Sequence record: NC_041975.1
Length of the DNA: 64,000 nucleotides
Strand: one strand, 5' to 3'
This document shows, in pieces, positions 8,967-18,258 of this stretch. The position numbers and the translations under genes are program-made. Positions within the stretch are counted from its first letter, which is position 1, and each line of letters starts with the position of its first letter. Below the pieces are notes generated by a model. That model saw nothing but the letters and a program-made list of their open reading frames with translations, had not been told where the DNA came from and did no database searches.

Positions 8967-11342
8967 ATGAATTTAAATGTGGACTATACAATTTACGTGG
9001 ATAACACCAAGAAGCTTATCCGCACAATGGTCATTAATTCGGCTCAATCAGCTAATATAATTAACGGCCGTATGGATGGCTTGGGGTACGGTCGTGACAT
9101 CTACGACAAGAGTACCTGGAAGTACTACATGAACATGGCCGGGATCTACCATCCGTCCAATGACCCGATGCAGGTGAAGTCACTCGATAACGGTCAGCTC
9201 ATCGACTTTACCCGTGAGAACATGGAGATCCATGTCAGCACCAAACGCAGCTACCAGTACGGCACCGACTATTATAAAGCCCTGGTTGCCCAATACCCGT
9301 ATCAGATCGCGCTGATCAAGGGGATCTTAAACCCAATTGATCTCAGTGTCTCAACCACCGCCGATGACTGGCAGATCCTCTATTACGATAAGACGCTGGT
9401 AGAAGACGGTGAAGAGAACCTGATCCCCCGTTTCCAGGAGTGGGTCAACACCCTGATCACCCAGACCTATCTGCCGGACTATGTCTACATCACCGAAGAT
9501 CTGATGCACCACTTCTATCTTTCCTTAATTGGTGGTTTTGGCCCTGGTGTGATCCTGGGGATTCGCTTAGAGAACATCAAAACCAACCGGGCACACAGCT
9601 TCCATATCTGGTCGCACATTCTGTCGCATGCTGATATTGAGCAGTATCGTCCGTACCTGAACCGCAAACAGATCCTCTATCTGTATCGCAACATTGTGTG
9701 GCATACCCGCAACCCAGGTGCGCAATACTCCTTCCAGAAGATGATCGACGCCTTCTTAACGGAACGCCGCATCCCATTACAGTCATACAACGCTCAGCAC
9801 AACACCTCGAGCATCCTGACCAAGATTAAACCCGAGGTGGAGTTCAAGCGTGAACTGTTGAACATGCAAGATGCGATTGCCAATGTGAACTATGTGCGCA
9901 GTACCCGTGAGATCCTGGAAGATGAAGTGCCGCTGGCGAAGAACAACGCCGATGTGTACGAAGACCGAATCGGGGAAGTCATTCAGGATGTTGGGACTAA
10001 CCGCAACAGTAACCTGCCGACCAAAGTGTTGGAATCCAACATGCGGGATCTCTCTGACTCGCTGCCGTTCTCACACTCCCTGACATTACTGAACGAATGG
10101 GTGCGGTTGTCCTCTACCGGAATGTACACCGCAGTGATCACCACCACCAACCCCAACACCGGATTGACCATGACCATGACAGTAAAGGAAGCGTTCATCC
10201 TTTACCTGTACGGTGTCTGGCAAAGTCACGGGGTTAACTTGGAGACGATCCCGACCTTCCGTGCCAATATGGTAATGAAGATCCCTCGGCCACAGTTTGC
10301 GTTCTTAAAAGCACAATACGGCTCGCAGCACGTCACTGACGAGTTCATCAAGTACGCCCTGAATCTCTGTCCGGATATCCCGGCGATCATCTCAACAGAA
10401 ACCTTCTATGCGAAGACACTTGAGATTAATGCCGCGACCCAGTTGCACCGGGATCTGTACAGCTACCGTAACCACTATCATGCACGGGCAGAATTCGAAG
10501 CCCTGGCCTTTGGTTTCTACCAAGATCAGGATTGCGACATCAACTCCGGCATGACGTATAAGGAGTTCTTCAAACAGAAGGGGTGGGACTTCACTGACTT
10601 ACCGCCAGAAGAGTGGGTGGTGTTCGCCAACAAGGTCTCCTCCATTGCCACCGGGTTGGACACGGCTAACCAGCAGAAGCTCGCGGATATTCAGCAAGCC
10701 ATGTTGGGTCTGACCATGCAGCTGTCCAGTTACACCATTCAAGTGATCAGGAAGATCAATGAAGAAGCGGTGGTGATGCTCGACTGGCCAACCTTGCGTG
10801 GGGGCGACATGCACATGAAGGTCTATCAACAGTGGCACTTGGTAGATAACCCTGTGCGACCGATTGATACCCACATGCGTGAGAAGAAGACCTACAAGCT
10901 GATCCACGACTTCCCGAAAGGCCATAACTCGGTAGAGCGCAGCTGGCGCTTCTATATCGACACCGCACGGCAGTTAAGTAGTCAGGGAATCAACTCCCGT
11001 TACAACTATTTAAACGGCGCACGTATGCGGCTGTGGACGGCTGACGATGCGGCGGGTACCGAGAACGAGTTTGACCAGCAGATGACCGTGAAAGATCTGC
11101 AAGGTCTCTGGATTGACCCGTACGGCGATGCCCGTCCGCCGGCTGACTTCAGTGCAGAAGTGTTGAACGGATTGTGGACTGATCCGTTACCCGGGATTGC
11201 ACCAATCGTTAGTAGCTTGGGTGGGTTGTGGATCGATGGTCCAAAGAGCAGTGGTTTTGATGAGGATCTCAACGGACTGCATGCCGAAGTCCCTGCGGCA
11301 TTACAAGCCTTACGCAATACCCCGGGTGATAGCGCCACGTAA
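8967..11342 (+). CDS. Virion structural/baseplate protein (phiKZ gp128-like)
   Basis: Motif TWKYYMNMAGIYHPSNDPMQVKSLD is characteristic of this family; GGGAG RBS before ATG 8967. Confidence 0.7.
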   Translation: MNLNVDYTIYVDNTKKLIRTMVINSAQSANIINGRMDGLGYGRDIYDKSTWKYYMNMAGIYHPSNDPMQVKSLDNGQLIDFTRENMEIHVSTKRSYQYGTDYYKALVAQYPYQIALIKGILNPIDLSVSTTADDWQILYYDKTLVEDGEENLIPRFQEWVNTLITQTYLPDYVYITEDLMHHFYLSLIGGFGPGVILGIRLENIKTNRAHSFHIWSHILSHADIEQYRPYLNRKQILYLYRNIVWHTRNPGAQYSFQKMIDAFLTERRIPLQSYNAQHNTSSILTKIKPEVEFKRELLNMQDAIANVNYVRSTREILEDEVPLAKNNADVYEDRIGEVIQDVGTNRNSNLPTKVLESNMRDLSDSLPFSHSLTLLNEWVRLSSTGMYTAVITTTNPNTGLTMTMTVKEAFILYLYGVWQSHGVNLETIPTFRANMVMKIPRPQFAFLKAQYGSQHVTDEFIKYALNLCPDIPAIISTETFYAKTLEINAATQLHRDLYSYRNHYHARAEFEALAFGFYQDQDCDINSGMTYKEFFKQKGWDFTDLPPEEWVVFANKVSSIATGLDTANQQKLADIQQAMLGLTMQLSSYTIQVIRKINEEAVVMLDWPTLRGGDMHMKVYQQWHLVDNPVRPIDTHMREKKTYKLIHDFPKGHNSVERSWRFYIDTARQLSSQGINSRYNYLNGARMRLWTADDAAGTENEFDQQMTVKDLQGLWIDPYGDARPPADFSAEVLNGLWTDPLPGIAPIVSSLGGLWIDGPKSSGFDEDLNGLHAEVPAALQALRNTPGDSAT

Positions 11343-11343
11343 C

Positions 11344-11375
11344 CGGCATAATGAGGGGTCGTCACTGACCCCTCA
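11344..11375 (-). terminator. Hairpin with TATGCCG on the minus strand
   Basis: CGGCATAA at 11344-11351 precedes the 9-bp stem TGAGGGGTC/GACCCCTCA; both flanking genes are plus strand. Confidence 0.6.
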
Positions 11376-11421
11376 AAAGTAATCCTATGTTTACACCACC
11401 TCTACGCCTAAGGAGAACCAC

Positions 11422-12297
11422 GTGCCTGCTAATCAGCCGATTCACGGTGAGGGTGACTATGTTGTAGACGTCGCATTGAGCTCTGCTGAGTTAGTGTATG
11501 GTTTGATTAACCATGACAACAACACAGACTACACCTCATTGACGTTACGGTTAGGAACCCCGACTGTAAATACCAATGCACAGCACGATCGTAATACCCG
11601 TATCTTTGCCCAAACTCGTCCAGGCGCGCCGAAGCAGGGGTCAACGTATTTCTATTATGATCGTATTTCGCTGGCCTACTACCTGCAAAACTACCCCGAC
11701 CTGGAAGTCGACATCACCGATGACATGCTCACCATGCGTGATCTGATTCCGTGGATGAACCAGACCTTTGGATTAGGGTTGGTTGCTGAAGATGTCCGGG
11801 CCGATTTAATTGACCGCACCCCGAACGCTGAAAACCGCTTTGCGATGTCAGCTGCCTCCATGGCCTGGCAGGATTCGATCGTCTTAAAGATCAACATCCC
11901 ACCGGTGGATATTGCCACCTTGACCGGCGACTCGGTCTTTGATGCCATTGAAGTGGTGTCAGAACACCCCCGCACTTACGGTCAGCTGTATGGCTACCAG
12001 GTTGACACCGCTGGTATGGCGGCATTACTGACCGGTCTGCCAATTGGTAAGCTGAGTAATCTCAATGGTGAGAACCTCACGCAAGCATTGTCCACTGCTA
12101 CTTCTGACTATTGGGCTTTCGATGCAACTCCAGTTGTCCGTAACCTCTATGGCGCTACTGTGCGCTTTAATGGTCGCAGTACTGACCAGGCCGTGTACCC
12201 CACTAAACCAGACAACGCGTACATGGTAATCGTGGATATTGTTGAGAGCGAATGCCTGGAGTTCGAAGGCCCGTTGGTTCTCTACTACACCCGTTAA
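11422..12297 (+). CDS. Virion structural protein, paralogue 1 of a tail/baseplate family
   Basis: GTG start with AAGGAG RBS. Shares YxRxxL, xGLxLxxxD and NLxGAxVx(F/Y)NG motifs with 12313-13131 and 14043-14912. Confidence 0.7.
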   Translation: MPANQPIHGEGDYVVDVALSSAELVYGLINHDNNTDYTSLTLRLGTPTVNTNAQHDRNTRIFAQTRPGAPKQGSTYFYYDRISLAYYLQNYPDLEVDITDDMLTMRDLIPWMNQTFGLGLVAEDVRADLIDRTPNAENRFAMSAASMAWQDSIVLKINIPPVDIATLTGDSVFDAIEVVSEHPRTYGQLYGYQVDTAGMAALLTGLPIGKLSNLNGENLTQALSTATSDYWAFDATPVVRNLYGATVRFNGRSTDQAVYPTKPDNAYMVIVDIVESECLEFEGPLVLYYTR

Positions 12298-12312
12298 CCG
12301 AGGAATCGCATT

Positions 12313-13131
12313 ATGTTACAACGCATTCTGCAAAAGACGGCTAACGAGATTATCGTTGAACCGTTTAACCTGGCTTTTAACACCAACTTAAAAGCTGCCA
12401 ATTTTGAGCTGAAGGATGTCGGCCCTGCAACCGGTGGAAAAGATACCCAAGCCACCTTGTCGGTGATCGACACCACTTCCGGGTATAAAGGTGAGCGTCC
12501 GTTCACGTATAACCGTCTGGATGCCACAGAACTCTTTTACGGTGTGCCGAAGTTCTTCCCAATGGGTTCGGCTGACATTGATGAATACTCTGTCGTTGGG
12601 ATGCTGGCCTTACGTTATGGTCTGAAGCTTGACATCAACCATATCGCTAACGTCGCCATCACTGCCGGTAAAGCCGTGGTAACGTTTGCAGATTCATCCC
12701 CGATCATCAAAGGCAGTGTGCAGTTTGACTTCTACGATGAAGCCATCGATTTGGAAGAACTGATTGCTGACCCAGAAATCGGCGTGCTGGAGATGCCAGA
12801 GCGTACTGAGAAGCCGAACGTGACGTATTACAGTTACGCGTATGACATGACGTACTGTAAAGCGTTTGTTCCGGGTATGCCGGTGGGTTCACTGGCAACA
12901 CAGGAACTGGCCGACGCGGTAGCGAACATCACCGGTGATCCGTGGGTGTTGGCAGACGGCTCGACCACTGAATACAACCTGGCCGGTGCCGAGCTTGTCT
13001 ACAACGGCAACACCACCACTGCGAATGCCCAGGGCTATCCCGTCAATGACGAATACGCCATGGTGGCTTTGTTTAAATTAACAGATTCATGTAATAATTT
13101 TAGTGGTCTGCTAATGGTTAACATGAACTAA
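12313..13131 (+). CDS. Virion structural protein, paralogue 2
   Basis: YNRLD, RYGLKLD and YNLAGAELVYNG motifs shared with neighbouring paralogues. Confidence 0.7.
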   Translation: MLQRILQKTANEIIVEPFNLAFNTNLKAANFELKDVGPATGGKDTQATLSVIDTTSGYKGERPFTYNRLDATELFYGVPKFFPMGSADIDEYSVVGMLALRYGLKLDINHIANVAITAGKAVVTFADSSPIIKGSVQFDFYDEAIDLEELIADPEIGVLEMPERTEKPNVTYYSYAYDMTYCKAFVPGMPVGSLATQELADAVANITGDPWVLADGSTTEYNLAGAELVYNGNTTTANAQGYPVNDEYAMVALFKLTDSCNNFSGLLMVNMN

Positions 13132-13151
13132 TCTGTTGAAAAGGAACAATA

Positions 13152-14027
13152 ATGAAACGTAATGTCAGATCGCATGCAGGGAACATGTTGCAGGTCGCCC
13201 AGATGTTGGGGATTGCACATGTGGTTCAGGAGCACACCACGCTGAATGAAAAGTTCAATGTGCTGCCTGATCAGATCCCGCAGACCGGTCGCCCTAACAT
13301 GCAGTACTTCTGCATTGGCTTTGGCGGACACAAAGGTATTCTCGGTAAGAACAATACCTTCCTGTCCACATCGATCGACCACTACCCGGATCATGCAGCG
13401 CTTTATAAACACATCCCGTTTGTGTTGCGTGAGATCGGTAATGACCTCACTGCAGATCAGCGCGCGAAGTATCGTCTGCGCAGCATCATCACGCTGGATG
13501 ATGGCAGTCGCTATATCGCCTATTACCTGAAGAAGATCGAACTCAGTAATGTGGTGGTGCGTTCTCAAAAGAACACACGCGATGAAGCCGGTTTAATCAC
13601 CACCTCTGACTATGTGCCGGATGCCTCGGTACTGAACCCACAACAACCTGAACTCAACACCAACAACATCGACCAGGTAGTCACCTCCACGACCTTCTTG
13701 TCAGCCAACGCTGAACTGGATCTGTCGCTGAATGAGCTTGACTGTTCAGAGCTGCTCGATGTCGCCCGCATCCTTTATAAAGATGAAGCGTATGCCCTGG
13801 TGTCGGAGTACGGTTTGGTGGCGGGTATCGATGTCCCTGCTCAGGGTTCAACCGGTGCTGGCGGAACCATTCAGTATACTGAAGTGGTGGCGGCACAGAT
13901 CGTGGACTTCATGACCAACCGTGGCTCAGGTGCGGATGATGACGATAAAGGCATCACCTGTCTGGTCAACTACGGTGCTACTGAGCCGCTGTTAGCTGAC
14001 AGTGGTGCAAACGCAACAACCGTCTAA
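13152..14027 (+). CDS. Conserved virion structural protein (phiKZ gp139-like)
   Basis: Motifs TTLNEKF, YFCIGFGGH, ALYKHIPFVLR and YIAYYLKKI are typical of a phiKZ-like virion family. Confidence 0.7.
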   Translation: MKRNVRSHAGNMLQVAQMLGIAHVVQEHTTLNEKFNVLPDQIPQTGRPNMQYFCIGFGGHKGILGKNNTFLSTSIDHYPDHAALYKHIPFVLREIGNDLTADQRAKYRLRSIITLDDGSRYIAYYLKKIELSNVVVRSQKNTRDEAGLITTSDYVPDASVLNPQQPELNTNNIDQVVTSTTFLSANAELDLSLNELDCSELLDVARILYKDEAYALVSEYGLVAGIDVPAQGSTGAGGTIQYTEVVAAQIVDFMTNRGSGADDDDKGITCLVNYGATEPLLADSGANATTV

Positions 14028-14042
14028 TGACACGGGGGTGAC

Positions 14043-14912
14043 ATGAACATTCTGGGTAAAGATCCACAACAGTTGATCAAAGAACTCGCTGCCGGTCACA
14101 ACAATGTCACGTTGGTGCCAGGGGCGACGAAAGTGGTTAACTTTCAAAACCTGGCTGGTACGGTTGGTATTGACGCACAGGCGGATATTGTCCCGGCTGA
14201 CCCGACCGTCTATTACCGTAAGAAGACCATCCAGTTTGGCAAGATCGATCTGTCCAAGCATTGGTTGAATCAGCGGCTGACGATCCCACTGCAGGCGAAC
14301 TCAACCAGCCACAGCATCTTACCGCAACTGATCAAACGTTATGGTCTGAAACTGTCCACCGATGATCTGGTGCTGACCACGGTAGATACCAGTAAAGATA
14401 TCTGGGAATTACCGATTCGGGTGAAAGCCACCTCGTGGGTCTTTAAGAACACGCTGGACAACATTATCGTCTACGCCACCGATGTCAGCACTGATCTGCA
14501 GTATGTGATCAAGCGTCCATCGTTAACCGGACTGGCGTATCCTTCTGCCGATACCACCAAGATGCAAGGCCCGCTGTTAAGCTACGGCATGCATTACAGT
14601 GTGTATACCGGACAGAACGAAGCCCTCCGCAATGCGAAGGTCGGTTACAAGATGATTGTGGCCTCTGACGATGACTGGGCGATTGCTGATCTGCTGTCGG
14701 ACTATACGGGCCTGGCGTGGTCGTTTAAACAGACTGGGCCAAGCCTGTACAATGCCGAAGTGGTTTACAATGGTGTTGCAACGAATGTACCGAGCACCTA
14801 TTCCCATCTTGATCGCAATAGCGCCACGAACTTCTTAATTTTGAAGCTCAGTGGTGTTGGTGATGTGGGCGGGTATGTGGCTATTGGTTACACGATCGAA
14901 GTTGATCCGTAG
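14043..14912 (+). CDS. Virion structural protein, paralogue 3
   Basis: KIDL, RYGLKLSTDDL and SLYNAEVVYNG motifs shared with 11422 and 12313. Confidence 0.7.
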   Translation: MNILGKDPQQLIKELAAGHNNVTLVPGATKVVNFQNLAGTVGIDAQADIVPADPTVYYRKKTIQFGKIDLSKHWLNQRLTIPLQANSTSHSILPQLIKRYGLKLSTDDLVLTTVDTSKDIWELPIRVKATSWVFKNTLDNIIVYATDVSTDLQYVIKRPSLTGLAYPSADTTKMQGPLLSYGMHYSVYTGQNEALRNAKVGYKMIVASDDDWAIADLLSDYTGLAWSFKQTGPSLYNAEVVYNGVATNVPSTYSHLDRNSATNFLILKLSGVGDVGGYVAIGYTIEVDP

Positions 14913-14926
14913 CAGTGTATAAATAA

Positions 14927-14950
14927 AGGGTGGGGCTTCGGCTCTGCCCT
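14927..14950 (+). terminator. Hairpin AGGGTGGGGC-TTCG-GCTCTGCCCT, no U-tract
   Basis: UUCG-capped stem after the structural operon, directly upstream of the ruvC RBS. Confidence 0.55.
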
Positions 14951-14961
14951 TAGGGAGTCTT

Positions 14962-15567
14962 ATGATGGTGTTGCAAGATGGACGCCCGGTGGAAGAGTTA
15001 CTGCAGGTCTCCATTGACCCCGGAACCGATACCGTCGGTGTTACGTTATTGGGATTGCATCCGATCACCCTTGAGATGACCTGGAAGGAATCCTTTACGT
15101 TGTATGGATCATTGCTTAATTACCGCTCAGAGCTCGTGTTCCAGGAAGACCGGAATCGCGATGCACGTTTAAAGGGCCTCACTGATGCCCTGCTGCGTTA
15201 TCTCTGTACGGTGCGGCCTCACGTAGTGGTGTTTGAAGATAACTTCTTACGTCACTCCCCACAGGCCTTTAAAGCACTGATCGAATCGGTGGAAGCCATT
15301 AAGCGCGCAGTCTGGGGATATAACCCATACTTACCGTTCTATGAGATCTCTCCGATGCAGGCGAAAGGTGCCGTGAATGCGATTGCTCCTCGCGGACAAA
15401 AACATGATAAGGAGCTAGTGCGTAAGGGACTGATGAACTATCCACGTTTACAAATCCCTCATGCTATTTTGCAGACACTCTCTGAGCACGCAGTTGACTC
15501 CGTCGCCATCGGCATCTACGGCCTGGAACAATTGTCGCTCGCATTGAGTGCTGCTCATTGGAGATAA
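14962..15567 (+). CDS. ruvC: RuvC-like Holliday junction resolvase
   Basis: SIDPGTDTVGV (D1), VVVFEDNF (E), ISPMQAKGAV and SEHAVDSVAIG acidic motifs of the RNase H-like RuvC fold. Confidence 0.85.
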   Translation: MMVLQDGRPVEELLQVSIDPGTDTVGVTLLGLHPITLEMTWKESFTLYGSLLNYRSELVFQEDRNRDARLKGLTDALLRYLCTVRPHVVVFEDNFLRHSPQAFKALIESVEAIKRAVWGYNPYLPFYEISPMQAKGAVNAIAPRGQKHDKELVRKGLMNYPRLQIPHAILQTLSEHAVDSVAIGIYGLEQLSLALSAAHWR

Positions 15568-15568
15568 A

Positions 15569-16078
15569 ATGACTACGCAGGCTACTGAAGAAGAGAAGGT
15601 GGAAGTGCCGGCATCGAGTCTGGTTGAGCCAGTGATCGAGTCGGTACACCCGCCGGTTGTCAGGGCAATGAACTTTGCCGGGGTATTGGCTGTCCTCACT
15701 ACCTGTTTGTGTGCCATTGCTTTCTTTGCCAACATGTCAATCCATGTCTGGCGAAACGGGTCATGGCCGCCGAACGTCGGGGCAGTGATCGTGGCAGTGG
15801 TATTGATCGGCCCTGTCTTAACCGCCTGGCAGTTCATGGGTGTGCGCAAAATCCTAACCTCATTACTTTCAAACGAGAATGGCCTGGGGTTAGGCGGAAT
15901 TGCGAAAGAGGTCGTGGCCCGTCGTATGGGGTTTCAATACCAACCGACCCAGCCAATGACCAGCCAGCAGGTGCAGCAGAACTATCCGCCGCATCAACCG
16001 CCGGTGGAATACCCCACGCCACCCGAGGGCTATGCACAGAACGTCCCGCCCGTACCACCAGGTGAGAATGCACGATGA
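15569..16078 (+). CDS. Two-TM membrane protein with Pro/Gln-rich C-terminal tail (holin candidate)
   Basis: Hydrophobic segments AGVLAVLTTCLCAIAFFA and VGAVIVAVVLIGPVLTAWQFMGV; convergent with the spanin genes. Confidence 0.7.
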   Translation: MTTQATEEEKVEVPASSLVEPVIESVHPPVVRAMNFAGVLAVLTTCLCAIAFFANMSIHVWRNGSWPPNVGAVIVAVVLIGPVLTAWQFMGVRKILTSLLSNENGLGLGGIAKEVVARRMGFQYQPTQPMTSQQVQQNYPPHQPPVEYPTPPEGYAQNVPPVPPGENAR

Positions 16079-16099
16079 ATAGCACCGAACTGATTTAAT

Positions 16100-16152
16100 C
16101 AGCATAAAGACAGAGAGCTTCCTTGCGGAGGCCCTCTGTCTTGTTTATGCCG
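16100..16152. terminator. Bidirectional terminator: CAGCATA-hairpin-TTTATGCCG
   Basis: Long imperfect stem at 16107-16142 between convergent genes. Confidence 0.85.
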
Positions 16153-16159
16153 GTTAAGG

Positions 16160-16663
16160 TTATTTCGTCGATCCCGTAGGGGGATTAACTTTCAGGTTGT
16201 TCAACTGTTTTATTGCAGTGAGCAGACCGGTGGTGTATTCCTGGAGTTTGGTCAGACGACGAGCAGTGTCATCCGCTTCTGCCCCAATGTTGATTAAGAA
16301 CTGACTGTCTTCAGGTGGAAAGTACAGGTACTCATCATCTTCGAGCACACTGGTGACTTTATAGTTTACATCAGGCAAAGGTGCAATCGCTGCCGTTGAG
16401 GTAGCTGGAGCACCCGCTGGAACACCTACAGTTGCAGGCACGACAGCATCACTCGTACTACCAAAGCGGTCAATGATTCGCTTTTGCACCGTCGGAGCCG
16501 CGGGTCGCATCAGGGGAGCTGGCGGCTCCTGGACTTGCAATACCGTTTGCTCCAGCAACGTTCCGGTAAGGGATGGTGACGGGGGCACTTGGTTTCTTGA
16601 TCCGCAACCGGAAAGAACCATCACTAACAGCCCCAAGCAAGTTCCCAGTAGTAGCTTGCGCAT
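16160..16663 (-). CDS. Rz1: o-spanin (Rz1-like outer-membrane lipoprotein)
   Basis: MRKLLLGTCLGLLVMVLSG-C lipobox, Pro-rich periplasmic part; starts inside the i-spanin gene in the +1 frame. Confidence 0.75.
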   Translation of the reverse strand: MRKLLLGTCLGLLVMVLSGCGSRNQVPPSPSLTGTLLEQTVLQVQEPPAPLMRPAAPTVQKRIIDRFGSTSDAVVPATVGVPAGAPATSTAAIAPLPDVNYKVTSVLEDDEYLYFPPEDSQFLINIGAEADDTARRLTKLQEYTTGLLTAIKQLNNLKVNPPTGSTK

Positions 16664-16934
16664 CCTGTGACTCCTTATCATATTCAGAACTGATTCGTTG
16701 AGTCAGCGCCATCTGTTGTTGCTGGATGTCTCTCGTCTGCTCCCCGAGGACCTTTAGTTGATTAACAGATTCGCCTATCGATTCAATCTGTTTCGACATT
16801 TGTTTCTGTTGTTCACCAAGCGTGGCAACCGACGTCGCTGTTGACCACAGAAAATAGACAACGAAGCCTACCACTGCGATGACAAGTACGACTTTGAAGT
16901 TTTTAAGAAATAGTTCTTTCAGCAGAATCCACAT
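16470..16934 (-). CDS. Rz: i-spanin (Rz-like)
   Basis: N-terminal TM, coiled coil, and SEYDKESQDAQATTGNLLGAVSDGSFRLRIK, which resembles the lambda Rz segment KYTKELADAKAEN...AGRRRLHIK. Confidence 0.8.
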   Translation of the reverse strand: MWILLKELFLKNFKVVLVIAVVGFVVYFLWSTATSVATLGEQQKQMSKQIESIGESVNQLKVLGEQTRDIQQQQMALTQRISSEYDKESQDAQATTGNLLGAVSDGSFRLRIKKPSAPVTIPYRNVAGANGIASPGAASSPDATRGSDGAKANH

Positions 16935-16943
16935 AAGTCGACC

Positions 16944-18173
16944 TTAATAGGTAGAGATCTTCAACCACCAGGCTTTGGCAAAGACCCAGGGTTTGGGCAT
17001 CAGCCCATAGTCTGTGACAATGTCCTCGTTACGGTACTGGATGGTTGTGTTAAGGGCGAATCGCCGACGATGGTGTAAGGTAAGTAACCGAGAGCGTCCC
17101 TCGCCCGGGCGTAGCAAAGGCTCCGCCATCACCCCGTTGTTCAGCTGAATGGGGATACGAGTGTTATCGGGCACGGTGAACATACCAGGCCATTTATGTG
17201 TCTCCAGGGGAATCTGCTCCACTTCTAAGAGCGGATTGTCAAACACCACCCAAAAACTGGTAGATAAGAGCAGCCAGGCTTTGTAGAAGTCATCCTTCTG
17301 GTAATCACCCTTGCTCATGATCCGAGGCGAGTCAGGATTGATATTGGCCGGAATGCTAGATAGGTCTATGAATTCGCGGTCATAGAAATAGCGATCAACC
17401 CAGTCAATATACACCGTTGACAAACTGACCAGGCCTTCTCCGAGGATAGAGATGACTTCATCCTGCCAATAGAAGATCCCACCGATCACAATCCCGACGG
17501 ATTTACCCTGGGTGCTAAACGGTGGCGACATCAGGATCTTCTGCCGATAGGGGTTCAGTTCATCTGAAGGCTGGAGCTGGTCAGCGGTGATGGAGTAACA
17601 CTTCAGGGTGCTGACATTATGAAAGCTCAATACGCCTGATTTCACATCGTTGCTGACTTTGGCATTTTTACACGCATCTAACAGATAGATGCCGTCATCG
17701 GATAGCGAGCTGCGGTGCAGGTAGCCGTTCACGGTAAACAATGCACAGTTAAATAATGTCGGGTAGTCCACTCCTTCTTTCATTAAGATGACATCATTAG
17801 CGTCCGCATAGCTAAAGTCACGTTTCAGGGATGAGGTGATGTTGGTTGGTTTTTGGGTAAACCACCATTCATTGAGATTGTTAAATAGCGCAGACTTCTT
17901 GGTGAGATTAGGTAGCGTCGTTGAGGTGGCCAACGCCCGGTTACCGAGCGAGGCTAACCACTGCACCAACGTACCGTTGAAAGCACTCACTTCATTATAA
18001 TAATCCTGCAGAACCAGACAGACGTTCTTCTTTAGAAAGGGTGACGATAATATGACCCGGTTTTCAGAATAGGTCTGCAACACCGTTTTGAGCTGCATGG
18101 ATGAAATATCGTCAGCAACTAACTTCGGGCGCTTGCCCACGGTTTTGGAAATACAGGCAACGTAGTTATACAT
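16944..18173 (-). CDS. Conserved phiKZ-like virion structural protein
   Basis: 409 aa; motif ALFTVNGYLH; lies in the structural module. Confidence 0.65.
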   Translation of the reverse strand: MYNYVACISKTVGKRPKLVADDISSMQLKTVLQTYSENRVILSSPFLKKNVCLVLQDYYNEVSAFNGTLVQWLASLGNRALATSTTLPNLTKKSALFNNLNEWWFTQKPTNITSSLKRDFSYADANDVILMKEGVDYPTLFNCALFTVNGYLHRSSLSDDGIYLLDACKNAKVSNDVKSGVLSFHNVSTLKCYSITADQLQPSDELNPYRQKILMSPPFSTQGKSVGIVIGGIFYWQDEVISILGEGLVSLSTVYIDWVDRYFYDREFIDLSSIPANINPDSPRIMSKGDYQKDDFYKAWLLLSTSFWVVFDNPLLEVEQIPLETHKWPGMFTVPDNTRIPIQLNNGVMAEPLLRPGEGRSRLLTLHHRRRFALNTTIQYRNEDIVTDYGLMPKPWVFAKAWWLKISTY

Positions 18174-18258
18174 GCGCTCCGCCCTTAGTTTGAAAAATCA
18201 ATCATATGTGCTCGTTACTTAAACATACCTAAGCTATAAAATTACTTTGGAGACCGAC

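Noticed and set aside
16440-16500. Single sequencing frameshift explaining the odd spanin pair
   Set aside because: The Rz frame has two stops (TGA, TAG), and no single indel yields both a canonical Rz and a plausible Rz1 end.
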